Source: Buchnera aphidicola (Therioaphis trifolii) (lineage in GTDB: Bacteria; Pseudomonadota; Gammaproteobacteria; Enterobacterales; Enterobacteriaceae). Taken from it: a stretch of DNA of 32,000 nucleotides. The position numbers and the translations under genes are program-made. The DNA lies in contig NZ_CP032996.1 of NCBI RefSeq assembly GCF_005080705.1, positions 360,001 through 392,000 of the forward strand. The letters run 5' to 3'. The notes under the pieces were generated by a model. The model searched no databases, was not told the origin of the DNA, and worked only from the letters and a program-made list of their open reading frames with translations. Positions 29,567 through 32,000 of this stretch are shown piece by piece (position 1 is the stretch's first letter; each line of letters opens with the position of its first letter).

Positions 29567-29638
29567 GGCCCTTTAGCTCAGTGGTAGAGCACGCGACTCA
29601 TAATCGCTTGGTCGCTGGTTCAAATCCAGCAAGGGCCA
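29567..29638 (+). tRNA. tRNA-Ile2 (anticodon CAT, presumably lysidine-modified). Elongator tRNA-Met is not excluded.
   Basis: GGCCCTTTAGCTCAGTGGTAGAGCACGCGACTCATAATCGCTTGGTCGCTGGTTCAAATCCAGCAAGGGCCA. The anticodon arm, variable region and T arm (GCGACTCATAATCGCTTGGTCGCTGGTTCAA.TCCAGC) match E. coli ileX as I recall it. They do not match metT or metV. It lacks the initiator signature of three G:C pairs in the anticodon stem. No CCA is encoded. Confidence 0.85.
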
Positions 29639-29766
29639 ATTTTATAATTAAATAATTTTTTAATAAAATTAATTAAGTTACTAAAAAATATATTATAAAT
29701 TAGTTAATTATTATATATATATTAAAAAATATAAAATTATATATTATATTATATCTTTATAAAAAT

Positions 29767-29794
29767 AAAGATGTATTATAAATAATACATCTTT
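29767..29794. terminator. Candidate bidirectional intrinsic terminator between convergent tRNA-Ile2 and rplI
   Basis: Perfect 12-bp inverted repeat AAAGATGTATTA (29767-29778) / TAATACATCTTT (29783-29794) with a 4-nt loop. It is flanked by A5 on the left and T-rich sequence on the right. The minus-strand RNA therefore reads hairpin + AUUUUUAU, 45 nt after the rplI stop. The plus-strand RNA reads hairpin (ending in UUU) + UUAAUU. Confidence 0.5.
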
Positions 29795-29838
29795 TTAATT
29801 ACATTCTTTAATAATATATTATATTATATAAATTATAA

Positions 29839-30288
29839 TTAACGAGAAAGTATTTTAATTGCTATATAACATGATACTTCTTTATGAGGTTGAAATATAA
29901 TATTATAATTGCCTAAATTACGAATTAACCCATCTCTAATTATTAATTCATTTTTTTTAATTTTAATTCCTAATCCAGTAATTGCATTTAAAATTTCTTT
30001 TAATCCAATTGATCCAAATAATTTTCCTTTTTTACTTGCTTTTGAAAAAATAACAATTGGAGTTTTTTCTTTAATTTTTCTAATTCTTAAATATGAATTT
30101 TTAATTTTTATAATTTCTTTAATTTGAACATCTTGTTTTTTATTTTGTAAATTTTGAATATTTTCTTTATTTGCAAATAATGCCATACCATATGGTATGA
30201 GATAATTTCTAGCATATCCTGATTTTACTGTAATAATATTTCCAAATTTACCTAAATTTTGAATATCTTTTAATAAAATAATTTTCAT
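29839..30288 (-). CDS. rplI: 50S ribosomal protein L9
   Basis: 149 aa. MKIILL.D...LGK.G....VK.GYARN.LIP.G.A..A...N matches the L9 N-domain. It lies downstream of rpsR, as in E. coli. Confidence 0.95.
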   Translation of the reverse strand: MKIILLKDIQNLGKFGNIITVKSGYARNYLIPYGMALFANKENIQNLQNKKQDVQIKEIIKIKNSYLRIRKIKEKTPIVIFSKASKKGKLFGSIGLKEILNAITGLGIKIKKNELIIRDGLIRNLGNYNIIFQPHKEVSCYIAIKILSR

Positions 30289-30324
30289 TTTTACCTTTTT
30301 TCTTATTTTTTTTATAAAATTATA

Positions 30325-30552
30325 TTAACGATGTTGATCAGTATAAGAAATTAATGCAAGATATCGAGCACGTTTTATAGCTCGAGATAATTGTTTTTGA
30401 TATTTTGAACATGTTCCTGTTATTCTACTAGGAACAATTTTACTATTTTCAGTAATATAATTTTTTAAAATAGATATATCTTTATAATCAATATGAGTAA
30501 TTTTTTCTGCTGTAAATCTACAAAATTTTCTTCTTCGAAAATATCGAATCAT
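30325..30552 (-). CDS. rpsR: 30S ribosomal protein S18
   Basis: 75 aa. [15 protein letters not shown].....[41 protein letters not shown] is near-identical to E. coli S18. Confidence 0.97.
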   Translation of the reverse strand: MIRYFRRRKFCRFTAEKITHIDYKDISILKNYITENSKIVPSRITGTCSKYQKQLSRAIKRARYLALISYTDQHR

Positions 30553-30604
30553 ATTTTTTCCTTAAAAATTATATATTTAAAAATTAAATAATAAAAAAAT
30601 TTAA

Positions 30605-30949
30605 TTATTTTAATATTTTTTTATCATCTTTCATCTTTAAGATTGGTGATGAAATTTGAATTTTATCTTTTTTATGAATAATTAAATTACGAATAATAAG
30701 ATTATTAAAACGAAATTTTTCTTTTAATTGTATAATAATATTAGGAGATAATTCAATATTCATTAATATATAATATGCTTTACGTAATTTTTTAATAGAA
30801 TATGCTAATTGTCTTCTTCCCCAATCTTCAAAACGATGTATTAATCCTTTATTCTTTGTAATAAACATTTTATATTCATTAATAATTTTCATTAATTGCT
30901 CTGATGTTTGATCAGGATGTATCATAAGTACAATTTCATAATGACGCAT
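30605..30949 (-). CDS. rpsF: 30S ribosomal protein S6
   Basis: 114 aa. MRHYEIV.MIHPDQ.SEQ......Y...I....[24 protein letters not shown] matches S6. An AGGA motif lies upstream. The acidic C-terminal tail of E. coli S6 is absent. Confidence 0.96.
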   Translation of the reverse strand: MRHYEIVLMIHPDQTSEQLMKIINEYKMFITKNKGLIHRFEDWGRRQLAYSIKKLRKAYYILMNIELSPNIIIQLKEKFRFNNLIIRNLIIHKKDKIQISSPILKMKDDKKILK

Positions 30950-31100
30950 GAAAATAAAATTCCTTATAAATTATTTTTTAATATATTATATAATATATAA
31001 TATAAAATAATATTATATATTATTAAATATATTAAAAAATTTAAAAAATATTTAATTATATAAATAATAAAAATTATTATATATATTAAAATAAATAAAG

Positions 31101-32000
31101 TTACAAATTAAATACATCACGTATTATAATTGTTTCTATTCTTTCAGGTCCAATAGACAACATATCAATTTTTATATTATTTCCAATATAATTCTCAATA
31201 TAAGAAATATAATTCTTAAGAGCATCAGGTAAATCTGAAAATACAGTTATACCTTTAATAGATGTTTTCCAACCAGGTAAATTTTTATATACTGGTTTTA
31301 ATTCTTCCCAATTTAAATATTCAAATGGATTACTAATAACTTGATCAGTATTTTTATTTTTATAAGCAATACATACTTTTATTTCTGATAATTCATCTAA
31401 TACATCAATTTTTGTTAAACATAAAGAAGAAACTGAATTTAACATCACCATTCTTGATAATAATACTAAATCTAACCAACCCGTTCTTCTTCTTCGACCA
31501 GTTGTAGAACCAAATTCTTGTCCCTGTTGACATAAATACTCATCCATTTCATCTTTTAATTCTGTAGGAAATGGACCAGATCCTACTCTTGTACAATATG
31601 CTTTTACAATACCTAATATATTATGTATTTGATTAAAACATGCGCCAGAACCGGTAAAAATACCTCCTATTGTACTATTTGAAGAAGTAACATATGGAAA
31701 AGTTCCATGATCTAAATCTAATAATGCACCTTGTGCTCCTTCAAAAATAATTTTTTTATTATTATCATATGCTTGATTTAAAATTAAAGGAATATCTCTT
31801 ATTTTATTTTTAAATAATTCTTTTAATTTTAATAAATCTTCTAAAATAATATTATAATCAACAGGATCTGATTTATAATAATTTACAATTTGAAAATTAT
31901 AATAATTAATAATATTTTTTAATTTATATTTTAATAAAGAAGTATTATATAAATCACATATTCTTAAACTACGACGAGATACTTTATCTTCATACGCAGG
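31101..32000 (-). CDS. purA: Adenylosuccinate synthetase, 3' ~300 codons (the 5' end lies beyond the right edge of the window)
   Basis: The ORF track lists only 31101..31547, starting from an internal Met. The same frame stays open to 32000. Just upstream of that Met it reads ...[50 protein letters not shown], matching E. coli PurA ...[45 protein letters not shown]. Confidence 0.95.
   Translation of the reverse strand, partial: [299 protein letters not shown]

Noticed and set aside
30991-31022. 13-bp A/T-only inverted repeat (30991-31003 / 31010-31022), considered as a purA terminator. Also a -35-like TTGTAA overlapping the purA stop, with a TATATA 17 nt downstream, considered as an rpsF promoter.
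   Set aside because: The stem has no G:C pairs and no adjacent U-tract on the purA strand. Palindromes of this size are expected by chance in near two-letter DNA. The promoter hexamers are only 4/6 matches in a sequence where such matches are ubiquitous.
30950-31100. Search for the structured rpsF leader (S6:S18 autoregulatory RNA) upstream of rpsF.
   Set aside because: Apart from the SD motif, the 151-bp spacer is almost devoid of G/C. I could not draw a convincing conserved-type helix. This cannot be settled without a covariance-model search.

Overview
This window is core genome from a highly reduced, extremely AT-rich gammaproteobacterial insect endosymbiont. A+T is roughly four-fifths by eye; I did not compute it. 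Gene order and protein sequences fit the Buchnera aphidicola pattern. That assignment is recalled from memory and was not searched.

Gene content, left to right:
- The spc and S10 ribosomal-protein operons (rplR through rpsJ) and the str operon (rpsL-rpsG-fusA-tuf), all on the minus strand.
- tusBCD and tsgA.
- trpS-rpe-aroB-aroK, which is the E. coli aroK...trpS superoperon without damX, dam and gph.
- tRNA-Ser, then deoB-deoD, nfuA, ssb, dnaB, yqgE-ruvX-hemW, trmB, mutY-yggX and sbcB.
- A divergent tRNA-Asn / tRNA-Ile2(CAU) pair.
- rpsF-rpsR-rplI with no priB, and the 3' two-thirds of purA.

All 47 coding regions read as intact orthologues of well-known E. coli proteins. I see no mobile elements, CRISPR arrays, defence or toxin loci, orphan ORFs or obvious pseudogenes. 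I therefore cannot support a novel multi-gene system here.

The observations worth a second look are small-scale:
- A terminator-like A/U hairpin with a U7 tract placed where the E. coli S10 leader has its L4-responsive attenuator.
- An 11-bp palindrome giving overlapping back-to-back -35 hexamers between the two divergent tRNA genes.
- tRNA-Asn sitting 33 nt upstream of sbcB on the same strand.
- A perfect 5 x 9-bp tandem repeat at the position gshB occupies in E. coli.
- G/C-containing hairpins at operon ends.
- tRNA genes with no encoded CCA.
- Very long in-frame poly(A) tracts.
- Convergent gene pairs separated by only 6-19 bp.

Several starts in the ORF track are TTG or upstream extensions. 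I corrected them by homology for rplF, deoB, hemW and sbcB.
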